From an uncultured Thermotogaceae bacterium (GTDB lineage: Bacteria > Thermotogota > Thermotogae > MWEM01), in contig CAYWWY010000001.1 of NCBI GenBank assembly GCA_964462525.1, positions 278,950-342,949 on the forward strand: 64,000 bases of DNA, given 5' to 3'. Made by a program: the position numbers and the translations under genes. The notes under the pieces were generated by a model. It was not told the DNA's origin and did no database searches. It saw only the letters and a program-made list of their open reading frames with translations. Below, one piece after another: positions 26,323 to 36,364 of this stretch (positions within the stretch are counted from its first letter, which is position 1; every line of letters starts with the position of its first letter).

Positions 26323-28395
26323 TTACTTATCCTCTTGCGCTTGTTTTAGTACATAATCAATGCTTTTCCGGTGATCTTGGCAAACCAGAATCTGATTGTC
26401 TATATCAACTGACAGAGTCTCAATTTGATCAGCGACTTGTCCCAAAACAGCCTGAACTTCATTCGTCGATTGACGAACAACCAAAGATTCGGTAACCACG
26501 CTTTCAGCCCGTTCGGTTATACTTTGCACATGTTCTTGTGTTCGATTCATTTCTTGGTGCAACCAATTAACAAAGGGTTTGATTTTTTCAACCTCTAAAC
26601 CAGTTTGCTCTGCTAAGGCTTTGACTTCTCCGGCCACCACTGCAAAACCTTTCCCGCTTTCGCCTGCTCTGGCCGCTTCTATTGCCGCATTAAGTGCTAA
26701 CAAGTTCGTTTGCGCTGAGATGTCTTCAATTGTTTCTGAAATATCGAACAACTGATTGGATTTCTCTTTGATCGAAACGATAATATGGTTTGTTTCTCCA
26801 ACCAGGCCTTTTGTTTCTTCAACATTGGATATCATCGATTCAATCTTTTCTACTACCCCTTCATTGCTTTTTGATAGGATTTTGGTTTCAGAATTGATTT
26901 TATCGGTCACAGAATTCGTGAACTCAATATGCTCGTTATTCTTTGAGGTATATTCAAGCATCATATTCAATGCCTCTTGGATTAACTCGAGTGTTTTGTC
27001 TCCCTTTCTTTTTTCATTCTGCATCTCTTCGTGTTGATACCAATGGCAGTTTTCGGGTTGATTCAGGTTGTTAAAGACTGCAATAGCCATGTTTTCACAC
27101 TTTTGGTAACCGCAGGAATGACAGTTTTTGATGTCCTCATCCGAATACTTATGCATCTTTGTATAAACGTCTTGCAGCTCTTTCTTATTGGGGATTTTAA
27201 TCGTGTAGTGTTTTGATTTATTGATATATTTTCGAAGATAGGTATTTAGACCTCCTGTCGCGCGCCATTCACGGTCAAGCATCTTTTGAAAGCGACGTAC
27301 ATGAAACTTCCCAAGAAAAAAGAGTCTTTTGTGATCTGTGTGGTATTTTTCCAGCTTCTCCCGCTTCCTCTCTTCGACCAACCATTCGATTTTATCTTGG
27401 GAAGCATGCTGGTTGAGCGTGCCTGGTCCGCCATTACAACCCAAAGCGCAGTTTAAACAATCAACGAGCAACGGATTATGACTTCCTTCGATGGACGATT
27501 CCAAGTCATTTAAATAATGATAGATATGTTCCTTCCCTTCGATTTTCCTCGTGCGGTTTTCGACACCTTGCATATCTCGTTGCGCTGTTCGCAACAATCC
27601 CCCTGGAGTGGAAAACAAAACAGCTCGTTCCGCTGATGGGTTATCATAATCAGATTCTTCTACAGATAGAGAATTCGGATGTTTTTTGAACCAATCGCTC
27701 AAAGACTTAAAGGTAATATTGTAATACTGCCCTTTGCCAATACAATCGTCGAATTCTCTCTTTTTTGCCAAACAAGGCGACAAAATAATAACTTTTGCAT
27801 CCGCTAACTTCGGATACTTTTTCTTGGCGTATAGAATCGTATGCATCATCGGGGAATGACCTGGACTAAGATATGGCAGAAGTTCCGGCCGTACCATTTC
27901 TATGTATGAAACAAGCGCTGGGCAAGGCTGCGCAATCACACATTTTGGTGCGCTTTTTTTGATAAACTCGATATAGGTCTTAATTGTCAACTCTGCTCCA
28001 AAGCTAACATCCAGCACTTTTTTGATCCCAAGATTTTTCAACCAAGCATTTACTTTCCGGTCTAGCTTCGGAAAGCTTGCAACCAAAGCGGGCGCAACAA
28101 TCGCGAAAGCATTTTTCTTGGTGCCATGTGTAAGAAAGTCTTCCTCGAACATGGCCCAATCATCTACGTATCGCCGTGCATCATGCCCCGCATCTTCGCA
28201 TTCTTTGATACACGCTCCACACCCGATGCAAAGATTCTGATCCACTTCGATGTGCGCAGGGATGCTCTCTTTTTTAGGTACCGCTCGATTGCACATTTTC
28301 ACAGGGCAAACAGCAATACAGGAATGGCAGTTTGCGCATTTTTCTGGATCGACTTCCATCACTGTACACAAATCGTTCATGAAAGACCTCCCCAT
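26323..28395 (-). CDS. [FeFe]-hydrogenase-like sensory domain protein fused to methyl-accepting chemotaxis signalling domain (soluble)
   Basis: Two ferredoxin motifs ([23 protein letters not shown]). H-cluster-type motifs [17 protein letters not shown] and [14 protein letters not shown]. Extra CxxCGxxxC motif [17 protein letters not shown]-terminal MCP tip [37 protein letters not shown]. No TM helix. Confidence 0.8.
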   Translation of the reverse strand: MGRSFMNDLCTVMEVDPEKCANCHSCIAVCPVKMCNRAVPKKESIPAHIEVDQNLCIGCGACIKECEDAGHDARRYVDDWAMFEEDFLTHGTKKNAFAIVAPALVASFPKLDRKVNAWLKNLGIKKVLDVSFGAELTIKTYIEFIKKSAPKCVIAQPCPALVSYIEMVRPELLPYLSPGHSPMMHTILYAKKKYPKLADAKVIILSPCLAKKREFDDCIGKGQYYNITFKSLSDWFKKHPNSLSVEESDYDNPSAERAVLFSTPGGLLRTAQRDMQGVENRTRKIEGKEHIYHYLNDLESSIEGSHNPLLVDCLNCALGCNGGPGTLNQHASQDKIEWLVEERKREKLEKYHTDHKRLFFLGKFHVRRFQKMLDREWRATGGLNTYLRKYINKSKHYTIKIPNKKELQDVYTKMHKYSDEDIKNCHSCGYQKCENMAIAVFNNLNQPENCHWYQHEEMQNEKRKGDKTLELIQEALNMMLEYTSKNNEHIEFTNSVTDKINSETKILSKSNEGVVEKIESMISNVEETKGLVGETNHIIVSIKEKSNQLFDISETIEDISAQTNLLALNAAIEAARAGESGKGFAVVAGEVKALAEQTGLEVEKIKPFVNWLHQEMNRTQEHVQSITERAESVVTESLVVRQSTNEVQAVLGQVADQIETLSVDIDNQILVCQDHRKSIDYVLKQAQEDK

Positions 28396-28600
28396 TTTTT
28401 TATTTTTTTACCAGATGAAACTATTTTTCAGAAAGATTATAGCATAATGGGATTGCAGAATCCAATTCGTCCGTGAAGTGGTTTATGAAAGTCTATTCTT
28501 TCAACACATGGCCGTCTCTTCACTCATGAAGAAATGGCAGTGTACACTGGGTAATGAAAGGAGAGGGTTACTCGTAATCAATGAAAGGGGTGTGATTTAT

Positions 28601-28957
28601 TCAGCATTCTTTGAAATCTTCATACCGAGACTTACAAACGCTGCACCTTTGAATTAGCTCATGCAAGCTGGAATTGCGATCAATGTGCGTAACCAGGAAA
28701 TGAGAATAAGCATGATAAATTTCGGTAAGCATCTCTAGATCCATTTCAGATTTATGTTTGAAACCTCTTTGGGTCATCTCACGTGCTAACTCCTGATGCC
28801 TCCGTTCGATTTGACTTAAATCAAGCAATCCATTGCGAACATATCCGTCCATCCGAATCCCTTTTGCCATGGAGCCAACAAACATATGGACTTCAACATG
28901 CTCTCCCAAAAGATGCTGATCACACATGAATAAAGGGTTAACCATCCACATTCTCAT
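28601..28957 (-). CDS. T4 endonuclease V-like pyrimidine-dimer DNA glycosylase
   Basis: 118 aa. MRMWMVNPLFMCDQHLLGEHVEVHMFVG parallels T4 DenV (...[22 protein letters not shown]). RHQELAREMTQRGFKHK parallels RQIELIAECLKRGFNIK. Assigned from memory of the DenV sequence. Confidence 0.55.
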   Translation of the reverse strand: MRMWMVNPLFMCDQHLLGEHVEVHMFVGSMAKGIRMDGYVRNGLLDLSQIERRHQELAREMTQRGFKHKSEMDLEMLTEIYHAYSHFLVTHIDRNSSLHELIQRCSVCKSRYEDFKEC

Positions 28958-29462
28958 GTTTTTTCCTTCTCGAAATCCCCATAATCAATCCCAACACAAT
29001 AGACCATAGAGCCGCAAGAGTAATACGCCATTCCGGGGGAAGCAAAAAGGTGATGGTATGAGCCGGTATCCAGAACCAAAGCAAAGTAAACAACGCGCCC
29101 CGGATGCCTTGCCAGTTTTGTTTGCGTTCGAGTAGATTATCCAACAGCCGGTGTCCAAGAATTAACCACGGTCCAAAAAGGAGGTTCATAAAGAAAGAAA
29201 TCCAAAAAGGAAGGATCGCATCTGGTAAGAACTCCTGCACCCTAAGAGCGACAACAAACCCTTCGAACCCTACAAAAGCATATTTGATTCCTATGGCCAA
29301 AATCGCCCATATTGCTGCTTTTCCAAGGATTCGGATCCATGGAACTCGCCCCCATTTTCGATTTCGAATTGCTAATCCAATGAGTTCTCCGATTGTCCCA
29401 AGCAAAGCAAATTGAATCATCGATGATATGATGGGGTGGTTTTGTACAAAAGTAATCCACAC
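28938..29462 (-). CDS. integral membrane protein, possibly Mpv17/PMP22-like
   Basis: 174 aa with four hydrophobic helices. GTG start lies behind AAGGAGGAA. The C-terminal LLWFWIPAHTITFLLPPEWRITLAALWSIVLG resembles the Mpv17/PMP22 signature (W.PxxxxxNFxxVPxxxR). Low-confidence family call. Confidence 0.45.
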   Translation of the reverse strand: MWITFVQNHPIISSMIQFALLGTIGELIGLAIRNRKWGRVPWIRILGKAAIWAILAIGIKYAFVGFEGFVVALRVQEFLPDAILPFWISFFMNLLFGPWLILGHRLLDNLLERKQNWQGIRGALFTLLWFWIPAHTITFLLPPEWRITLAALWSIVLGLIMGISRRKKHENVDG

Positions 29463-29481
29463 GCGTATTCCTCCTTATGGG

Positions 29482-30015
29482 TTATGCTATGGGTTTTTTG
29501 GGGGTAATTTTTCCTTCCTTGGCCTCTTCCGATCGAGCAAGCATAAAAAATAAATCGGATAGCCGGTTTATAAATTGAAGCATGTGAACGGATACTGGGT
29601 TTTGCCTATGTAAAGAGACCACTCTTCGTTCCATCCTCCTACATATGGCTCGGCAAATATCCAATTTCGCTGCAGAATATGTGCATCCAGGTACAACAAA
29701 CCCTTTGAGAGGCAGCCTTTTTTCGTATTCATGAACCCGATTTGTTACCCATTGGGCTGCTTCTGCGGTAATTGGGTTTTGAAAGGGAGTCCCAACCGTT
29801 GCTAATTCTCCAGCGATCAAGAACAAGTAATCTTGGATGGAACAAAGGTCTTTGATTACCTGATCGTCGAGGCAGATATGACGAGATTCACTGATATAGG
29901 AACCAAGTTCATCAACTGTACCGTAGGCTTCAACTCGAATATGGTCTTTAGGCACTCTCTGTCCGGACCATAGTGATGTATTCCCTTCGTCTCCCGTTTT
30001 TGTAATGATGCTCAT
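29482..30015 (-). CDS. ATP:cob(I)alamin adenosyltransferase, PduO type
   Basis: TKTGDEGNTSLWSGQRVPKDHIRVEAYGTVDELGSYI is the PduO-type N-terminal signature. 177 aa. 4-nt overlap with trxB. Confidence 0.9.
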   Translation of the reverse strand: MSIITKTGDEGNTSLWSGQRVPKDHIRVEAYGTVDELGSYISESRHICLDDQVIKDLCSIQDYLFLIAGELATVGTPFQNPITAEAAQWVTNRVHEYEKRLPLKGFVVPGCTYSAAKLDICRAICRRMERRVVSLHRQNPVSVHMLQFINRLSDLFFMLARSEEAKEGKITPKKPIA

Positions 30016-30983
30016 GAAGGCTCTCCAAAATAGGCTTTGATCGCCATAGTCGCCGCTAATGCTCCATCAGCAGCCGCATTAACGATCTGACGGATGGGTT
30101 TTTTCACAATGTCTCCAACAGCAAAAACACCTGCGCACTGGGTTTCAAGGGTCTGTGGATCAACAGGGATAAATCCGTCTTCATCAAGAGGGATAATCCC
30201 TTGAACAAGATGTGAATTTGGGGCCAAACCTACATATACAAAGGCCCCATCGGTAAATAACTCACTTAATTCGTTCGTTTTCTTATTTTTAATCCGAAGA
30301 TGGGTTAGCTTGGAAACACCACAAAATTCTTCGACAATAGAATTCCATTGAAAACGGATTTTGGAATTTGCGAAAGCCTTATCTTGAATCACCTTTTCCG
30401 CCCTCAACCGGTCTCTTCTATGGATAATCGTCACAGAGTTTGTGATAGTAGAAAGATAAATCGCTTCATCGACAGCAGAATTACCTCCCCCAATGACCAC
30501 TACATCTTTTCCTGAAAAAAGCGGTCCATCACAGATCGAGCAATATGAAAGCCCTTTTCCCTCTAATCGTTCTTCACCAGGAACACCCAGTTTTTTGTGT
30601 TCCGCTCCAGTCGCGATAATTAAGACTTGAGCGCGAATTTTTCGTCCCTCATCGGTACTCACTTCTTTTTCCCGTCCATTTATGGAGATCTCAGTTACTT
30701 CGCCAGGCAAAAACTGTAACCCGTAATAACTGGCATGGTCTTTCATTCGATCAGAAAGCTCAGAACCGTTGATTTGCTGAAAACCGGGATAATTTTCAAT
30801 CATCTGGGTACGAGCCATTTGGCCCCCTTGAACGGTTTTCTCAATGAGAAGGGCATTTAACCCTCCTCGCGCGGCGTATAAACCTGCGGTCATTCCAGCG
30901 GGCCCCCCACCGACAATGATCATATCATATGATTCTTTTATATCCGTATGTTCAGACAGATCACCGACATCAAAAAAGACCAT
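30012..30983 (-). CDS. trxB: thioredoxin-disulfide reductase
   Basis: FAD motif IVGGGPAGMTAGLYAAR, redox-active CSICDG and NADPH motif VIGGGNSAVDEA. 323 aa. Confidence 0.9.
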   Translation of the reverse strand: MVFFDVGDLSEHTDIKESYDMIIVGGGPAGMTAGLYAARGGLNALLIEKTVQGGQMARTQMIENYPGFQQINGSELSDRMKDHASYYGLQFLPGEVTEISINGREKEVSTDEGRKIRAQVLIIATGAEHKKLGVPGEERLEGKGLSYCSICDGPLFSGKDVVVIGGGNSAVDEAIYLSTITNSVTIIHRRDRLRAEKVIQDKAFANSKIRFQWNSIVEEFCGVSKLTHLRIKNKKTNELSELFTDGAFVYVGLAPNSHLVQGIIPLDEDGFIPVDPQTLETQCAGVFAVGDIVKKPIRQIVNAAADGALAATMAIKAYFGEPS

Positions 30984-31019
30984 TCTATCTCCCCCTTTTG
31001 GGTAATGGTTCCATATCTC

Positions 31020-32378
31020 CTATCGAAACATGCGCTTAGCAAGATACATTCCGCTCATGGATGCCTGAACGATTCCTCTCGTAAACCCGGATGCATCTCC
31101 CATCACGTAGACCTCTTCACCAGGTAATCGGAAGGGTTGATCGTATTGAGGCTTAAGCGAGTAAAATTTTGCTTCGACTCCGTATAGGAAATTACCCGGA
31201 TTGTTAACTCCAGGTATAGCATGGTTCAACCGTTCAATAAACTCTTCGATCGCAAATGCGGTTCTTCTAGGGAGGACCAGATTCAGATCTCCCGGAGTTG
31301 CATCAAGTGTTGGTTGAATATATGATTTTGAAATCCTTTGCGCCGTAGATCTTCTTCCAAAAAGGAAATCTTTATACCGTTGAATAATGATCCCTTTTTC
31401 ACCAGCCAATTTATTGGCAAGCCGTATGACCGATAATCCATAAGTATTGGGGTCATTGAAGGGATACGTAAAATTATGAGTTACCAAAATCGCAAAGTTC
31501 GTGTTTTCTGTCTTTGTATGCACAAAAGAATGTCCATTTACTGTGACAAAATCATTCCCTTCTTCTCGACTCACGAGCCCTTGAGGATTGACACAAAACG
31601 TTCGGACTTCATCATCAGTTCTCGACAAGTATTTGACCTTAAACTCATAAAGCACATCCGTTACTTCCCGACTGACTTGATGGCTCAACTCATATCGAAT
31701 CCCAATGTCCACCTTAGTCCCAGAAAACGGAATCTTTCGATCCGACAACACCTTTTTTACCAATCCCGATCCACCTCGACCAGTTGCGAGAACAATGCGA
31801 TCGTATTCTTTTGAAAGCGTACCATCTGAAAAGCGCAATTGATACATTCGCATTTCTGGAAAAAAAACAACTTCCTCCACTTCTTTCTCAAACTCCATTC
31901 GAAATCTTTGCATCGGATCGAGAGAAAACCGATCAAATAATACACGACTAACTATTTGCAGGTTGTCCGTCCCCACGTGAATGAAATCACTCAGTACCAA
32001 TGATAAATTGTTTCGAAAAAAACTCTCTGTTATCCGGGACAACTTTCGGTTGTTTTGAATGCTGCTCTTCTCAATCCTGTCCAAGGTCTCTTCTAAAGTC
32101 CACAAGCCAATAACGGGGTCAAGGAACTCCTGATATGTGTTTTTCCCTAAATAGGAAGCAATTTCGCCTCCAATCTCCTCCGAAATGGATAATTTTCCAT
32201 CCGAATACGTTCCTGCACCGCCAAACCCATAAATAGAACCTTTCCCCTCCGGGGTTCGCTTGTCGGGCGCGTGCCCACGTTCAAAGATGTCAACACGAAC
32301 CCCAGAAACTTGATCCCGGATCATTTGCTCCATAAAACCGATCGTGCTAGTCCCACATCCTACGATTGCAATTTTCAT
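31020..32378 (-). CDS. FAD-dependent oxidoreductase of uncharacterised function (COG2509-like)
   Basis: N-terminal dinucleotide-binding KIAIVGCGTSTIG and C-terminal GDASGFTRGIVQA. 452 aa. Confidence 0.65.
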   Translation of the reverse strand: MKIAIVGCGTSTIGFMEQMIRDQVSGVRVDIFERGHAPDKRTPEGKGSIYGFGGAGTYSDGKLSISEEIGGEIASYLGKNTYQEFLDPVIGLWTLEETLDRIEKSSIQNNRKLSRITESFFRNNLSLVLSDFIHVGTDNLQIVSRVLFDRFSLDPMQRFRMEFEKEVEEVVFFPEMRMYQLRFSDGTLSKEYDRIVLATGRGGSGLVKKVLSDRKIPFSGTKVDIGIRYELSHQVSREVTDVLYEFKVKYLSRTDDEVRTFCVNPQGLVSREEGNDFVTVNGHSFVHTKTENTNFAILVTHNFTYPFNDPNTYGLSVIRLANKLAGEKGIIIQRYKDFLFGRRSTAQRISKSYIQPTLDATPGDLNLVLPRRTAFAIEEFIERLNHAIPGVNNPGNFLYGVEAKFYSLKPQYDQPFRLPGEEVYVMGDASGFTRGIVQASMSGMYLAKRMFR

Positions 32379-32421
32379 CTACTCACTCCCAAATCATTTT
32401 TCATGTTAATTGTATCACGAC

Positions 32422-32790
32422 TTAACGGGTTTGCAGATGGGTCCAGATATCAAATGCCCTCCGAAGATAGGGGATCACAATGGAACCCCCGACAATCAAC
32501 CCAATAGACATACTCTCCTCCAGTTCTTCCGTGGTGACGCCACACTGATAACATTGGAGGAGATGGTAGGCGATGCAGTCATCACAACGCAACACAAGAG
32601 ACGCTACTAAGCCCATAAGCTCTTTGGTCTTCTGATTGATCGCTCCGGGTCTGTACGCTTGGTGATCCAAAGACATAAACCGTTTTGTAACGATACCCGC
32701 ATTCTTTAAGAGTTGCTGGTTTAACCGTTCTCTCTTTTGGGAAAAGACATCGATTGGGCTTTCATTGTCTTTCAATGATTCACGACTCAT
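32422..32790 (-). CDS. carboxymuconolactone decarboxylase / AhpD-like family protein
   Basis: CxxC in LRCDDCIAYH within a typical AhpD-core helix pattern. The start moves to ATG 32790 behind GGAGGG, because the ORF-track N-terminus is the terminator of the upstream gene. Confidence 0.8.
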   Translation of the reverse strand: MSRESLKDNESPIDVFSQKRERLNQQLLKNAGIVTKRFMSLDHQAYRPGAINQKTKELMGLVASLVLRCDDCIAYHLLQCYQCGVTTEELEESMSIGLIVGGSIVIPYLRRAFDIWTHLQTR

Positions 32791-32815
32791 ACTTGATCCC
32801 TCCATTTCTTTGCGT

Positions 32816-32846
32816 AAAAAAAGGCCGGACCGATCATCCGGCCTTT
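32816..32846 (-). terminator. rho-independent terminator after the htrA / PEGA-protein operon
   Basis: The minus strand reads AAGGCCGGA-TGATCGG-TCCGGCCTT followed by a T7 run, 17 nt after the stop at 32863. Confidence 0.85.
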
Positions 32847-32862
32847 GATTCATTCTTATACT

Positions 32863-34521
32863 CTATTGAATCCGTACCAATGAAGCGTTAATCGAATAGG
32901 ATTCTCCCGCTCGAACATTGATCCTTGTAATATAACTGAAATACCCTTCAGCTACGATCAACACTTCATAAAGTCCTTCGTCAAGCTCCAATGAAATAGG
33001 ACTGTTTGGAGAAAGCGTTCCACGAGACCGACCATTGACAAACACCGTACTGGTAACATTTGCTTGTACATTTATACGAGCCCTCAATGCTTGCAAAGAA
33101 GCATTAATTTCTTGATTTACCCCGCTAGCAAGAGTGACCGTGGTAGTCCAATCTTGATACCCTTCTCGAGTCAATCGCACTTGATAGGTACCCGGACTAA
33201 CGGTCATCTGGAAGGGAGTTTGATTTCCCGTATTCGAGCCATCCAAAAAAATCCTTGCTCCGCTGGGATTGGAACGAATGGATACTGTTGCTTGAAGCGG
33301 GGATAAACGAACGGGGATTGTCTTATACTCTCCTCCGCTCAAGGAAAAGCTTACATTATATGGATTGTACCCCGAGCGAGTAACCGATAAGGAGTGCGTC
33401 CCCGCGCGGAGTGTCAACGTCAGTTCACCCCCTGCAGGACCGTAATCAACACCATTGATCGCCACCCTCGCATCAAAAGGATCCGCTTGAATTTTAACTG
33501 TTCCGTCCTGGGGTAGATCTCTTTGAAGGGTAACATTCGCTGTCCGATGCTCCCCTGATGATAGAGTGAACGTTGTTTGGAAATCCTGGTAACCCGACAA
33601 CCGGAGCAGGAGTGTATGAGTTCCCACTGAAACTTGGTTGATCGTAAGGGGAGTCATCCCTCTGAAACTTCCGTCCAAAAATACTTGGGCATTTGAAGGA
33701 ACGCTATTGACAGTTACCCGTCCCGGTTGACTTGGAGGAGCAAGGGGTTCCAAAGTTGCTGAAATCACAACTACTGATCCGCTTTGCATAAAAAACTCTC
33801 TTTCAAACGTTTGATACCCCGAACGGTAATAGCGAACAATGTGATACCCTTCAAAGATCGTAGTCTTCAAAGGCGTCTGACCTATCCAGCTACCATCAAG
33901 CCAAATGGCCGCTCCAGAAGGGCTGGACTGAAAATCAACCGTACCTTTGCTGGGAGCAGACCCAACATAGAAAAAGGTCATCGCAGAAGTCCACTCGGGT
34001 TCAGGTTTTTCCGGTTGAATGATAATCCTTTGAATCATTTGCTTCAAATCGGATTCTGCGTCTCTTGTGGCTTGGATTAATGGGGTCGCTTGGAATTGTT
34101 GCGTCCATGTATTATAGACCGCAAACTGCTGGGTGCTTGCGACAATTTGAAGGTATTCCTTTCCCGGTTTGTTATCAATGGTGAGATTGTACCTCTGGTC
34201 AGGAATGGTATAAGTCACGCCACCTCGGACTAGATTATCTGGGTGAAATCGATTGGGAAACAAGATCGTCGTCACTCCATCGGCTTGAATGTTGTAGATG
34301 ACCACATATGCGTCTTTGTTTGCTTTGAATGAAACGCGAACTCGTTCTCCGGCTTGATATACCGCTCCTTCCGGCCGATCCATCGAAATGCTGACTTCCA
34401 AATTCGTCGGTTGTTCAGGTGTAATAATGATTGCACGAGGATTAATTTCCGCCACACGACCAAAACTGACCAAACATACCATCAGAAATACTGCAACTAC
34501 CAACCAGCTCTTTTTCTGCAT
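32863..34521 (-). CDS. secreted protein with DUF4384-like N-terminal domain and five tandem PEGA domains
   Basis: Start ATG 34521 (MQKKSWLVVAVFLMV) lies behind AAGGAAGGTGAGG. Five repeats of about 68 aa each have the form S.PSGA.I.LDG...G.TP......G.H.....SGY. The first begins GTVDFQSSPSGAAIWLDGSWIGQTPL. Confidence 0.8.
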   Translation of the reverse strand: MQKKSWLVVAVFLMVCLVSFGRVAEINPRAIIITPEQPTNLEVSISMDRPEGAVYQAGERVRVSFKANKDAYVVIYNIQADGVTTILFPNRFHPDNLVRGGVTYTIPDQRYNLTIDNKPGKEYLQIVASTQQFAVYNTWTQQFQATPLIQATRDAESDLKQMIQRIIIQPEKPEPEWTSAMTFFYVGSAPSKGTVDFQSSPSGAAIWLDGSWIGQTPLKTTIFEGYHIVRYYRSGYQTFEREFFMQSGSVVVISATLEPLAPPSQPGRVTVNSVPSNAQVFLDGSFRGMTPLTINQVSVGTHTLLLRLSGYQDFQTTFTLSSGEHRTANVTLQRDLPQDGTVKIQADPFDARVAINGVDYGPAGGELTLTLRAGTHSLSVTRSGYNPYNVSFSLSGGEYKTIPVRLSPLQATVSIRSNPSGARIFLDGSNTGNQTPFQMTVSPGTYQVRLTREGYQDWTTTVTLASGVNQEINASLQALRARINVQANVTSTVFVNGRSRGTLSPNSPISLELDEGLYEVLIVAEGYFSYITRINVRAGESYSINASLVRIQ

Positions 34522-34581
34522 TGCCTCACCTTCCTTCAGATGATGTACGTTCATGCTCTAATGAGATGTACAATTCTTTTT

Positions 34582-36006
34582 TTACAGGGAAAACGATATC
34601 ATTGCGTTCCCCCGTCCTGGGATAAATAGATGCAAAGCCACCGAGTCTCCGGATTGTAATCGTTCTGCTCTGGTTTCCCATACATCCATATTGGATACCT
34701 CAATCCGGTTCAGCGCGAGGATAACCATACTAGATCGAATCCCCAATCGATAGGCATTGCTCTGCGGATCGATATCTACAATAATAACCCCAGTAACTTG
34801 TTCAGGGATATCATATCTCTGACGCAAATCAGGGCTCAATTCTGCAACAGAAAAACCAAACAAATCTGACCGAATCGCTTCCGGCAAATCTTCAGGCTCT
34901 GGGTCGGGTTGAGTAATCGCTTCTTCAGCTTCAGGGCTTTGTCCAAGAATAACATTGATGGTCAAAGTCGATCCATTCCGATCTAGGACGATTTCAACCC
35001 GCTCATCAATTCGTTTGGACTGAATCAGGCTAACCAAATGAGCGTGATCATGAACTTCCTTTCCATCGAATCGAATAATTACATCTTGCGGCTTCATTCC
35101 TGCTCTTTCTGCTGGGCTGTTTGGGCTAATTTCAACAACAAGAGCTCCTCTCGTTGATCCCAAACCCAATGCCTTTTGTGTGTTCTCATCTACCGACATA
35201 ACGACCACGCCCAAAAAAGCTTTTCTCAGTTTTCCATATCGGATTAAATCTTCCAACCACATTTTGATTCTGTTGATGGGTATCGCAAATCCGAGGTTGA
35301 TTCCTTCCATGGGATTAACAATTGCTGTATTGATCCCAATGACTTCTCCATGGATATTCAGGAGAGGGCCTCCACTGTTGCCTGGGTTAATTGCCGCGTC
35401 TGTTTGGATCAAATCAGGATAATATCCTCCGCTCCGATCCGGTTTCGGGATTCTGCGGTTGATTGCACTGATCACCCCCACTGTAACTGTGTGCTGAAAC
35501 CCTAGGGGGTTTCCTATTGCGATTGCCCACTCGCCTATTTTTAAGGCATCCGAATCTCCAAAAGTCAAATATGGGAGCTGGATATCATTATCTCTTTCAA
35601 TCTGGATCACAGCAATATCCATATCAGAATCGCCACCGATGTACTTAGCGTCGAAGACGGTGCCATCCATCATGGTAATCGTTATCTTCTGCGCATCCCG
35701 GACAACATGCTCATTGGTCAGTACGTGCCCATCCGAATCGAAAATGACTCCTGATCCAAGCGATGTTTCTTGCCGGGGTACTCCGAACGGGGAAAGATCT
35801 TCACCAAAAAAACGGCGAAAAAACTCATCCATAAATGGATCAATTGAAGCGCGAGCAGTCCGGACAACATCAATCTTTACTACTGCATTTGACGTTGCAT
35901 CGACCACATTAACAATGGGACTCCGATAATCCGGATTCACATAGGCCATCAGTGAAAGACTTACCAAAAGTATTACCGTTAATACAATCCATCTTTTTTT
36001 CATCAT
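34582..36006 (-). CDS. htrA: HtrA/DegP-family periplasmic serine protease with two PDZ domains
   Basis: Catalytic triad contexts TNEHV, DSDMDIAVIQ and GNSGGPLL. Signal/anchor MMKKRWIVLTVILLVSLSL. SD GGAGGTGAT. Confidence 0.9.
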   Translation of the reverse strand: MMKKRWIVLTVILLVSLSLMAYVNPDYRSPIVNVVDATSNAVVKIDVVRTARASIDPFMDEFFRRFFGEDLSPFGVPRQETSLGSGVIFDSDGHVLTNEHVVRDAQKITITMMDGTVFDAKYIGGDSDMDIAVIQIERDNDIQLPYLTFGDSDALKIGEWAIAIGNPLGFQHTVTVGVISAINRRIPKPDRSGGYYPDLIQTDAAINPGNSGGPLLNIHGEVIGINTAIVNPMEGINLGFAIPINRIKMWLEDLIRYGKLRKAFLGVVVMSVDENTQKALGLGSTRGALVVEISPNSPAERAGMKPQDVIIRFDGKEVHDHAHLVSLIQSKRIDERVEIVLDRNGSTLTINVILGQSPEAEEAITQPDPEPEDLPEAIRSDLFGFSVAELSPDLRQRYDIPEQVTGVIIVDIDPQSNAYRLGIRSSMVILALNRIEVSNMDVWETRAERLQSGDSVALHLFIPGRGNAMISFSL

Positions 36007-36334
36007 CTATCACCTCCGAATTATTTTTCCACTTCAAAAGACGAGAAATACGGCTGGTTGTTCCGAGCCATTGATCGATCATTGTTCCATTTTCCCCATT
36101 AATCAAAGAAAAAAACGGAAGAAAAATTCGATCGGAAATCAAGATCTAAACCAGTAGACTAAAGATTCTATATGTGATTCTGTCCATGAATTGATGGTCT
36201 TTCGAGCTTATTGATGGAGAATTAGTGAAAACTAGAATGGGGAAAAAAACGGTAAATTTCTTATAATATTGCCCATTCCAAGAGTATTTCTACTTTGTTC
36301 TACCCAAAACGAAAAAAGAACAGGATATCTGAGG

Positions 36335-36364
36335 TTGAAAAGAAAAATGCAAATAGTGTACAAT
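36335..36364 (+). promoter_or_regulatory. candidate sigma-70-type promoter of the sugar ABC operon
   Basis: TTGAAA (36335-36340), an 18-nt spacer and TACAAT (36359-36364), about 120 nt upstream of the permease start. Confidence 0.5.

Noticed and set aside
28396-28600. A 205-nt gap upstream of the hydrogenase-MCP gene, checked for a small ORF (49 codons from ATG 28509) and for RNA structure.
   Set aside because: The small ORF lacks an SD and runs into the antisense 3' end of the DenV-like gene. The gap is adequately explained by a TATAAT promoter (28436-28441) and leader.
36190-36217. Direct repeat ATTGATGG-N12-ATTGATGG in the htrA / sugar-ABC divergent intergenic region, considered as a response-regulator binding site.
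   Set aside because: An 8-nt repeat within a roughly 470-nt AT-rich spacer is close to chance expectation. There is no flanking symmetry and no adjacent regulator gene.
36007-36330. A roughly 320-nt non-coding stretch examined for a structured RNA gene (6S, SRP, RNase P, tmRNA, riboswitch).
   Set aside because: I could find no extended helices or conserved ncRNA signature motifs by eye. It most likely holds divergent promoter and leader DNA. A covariance-model scan would be needed to be certain.
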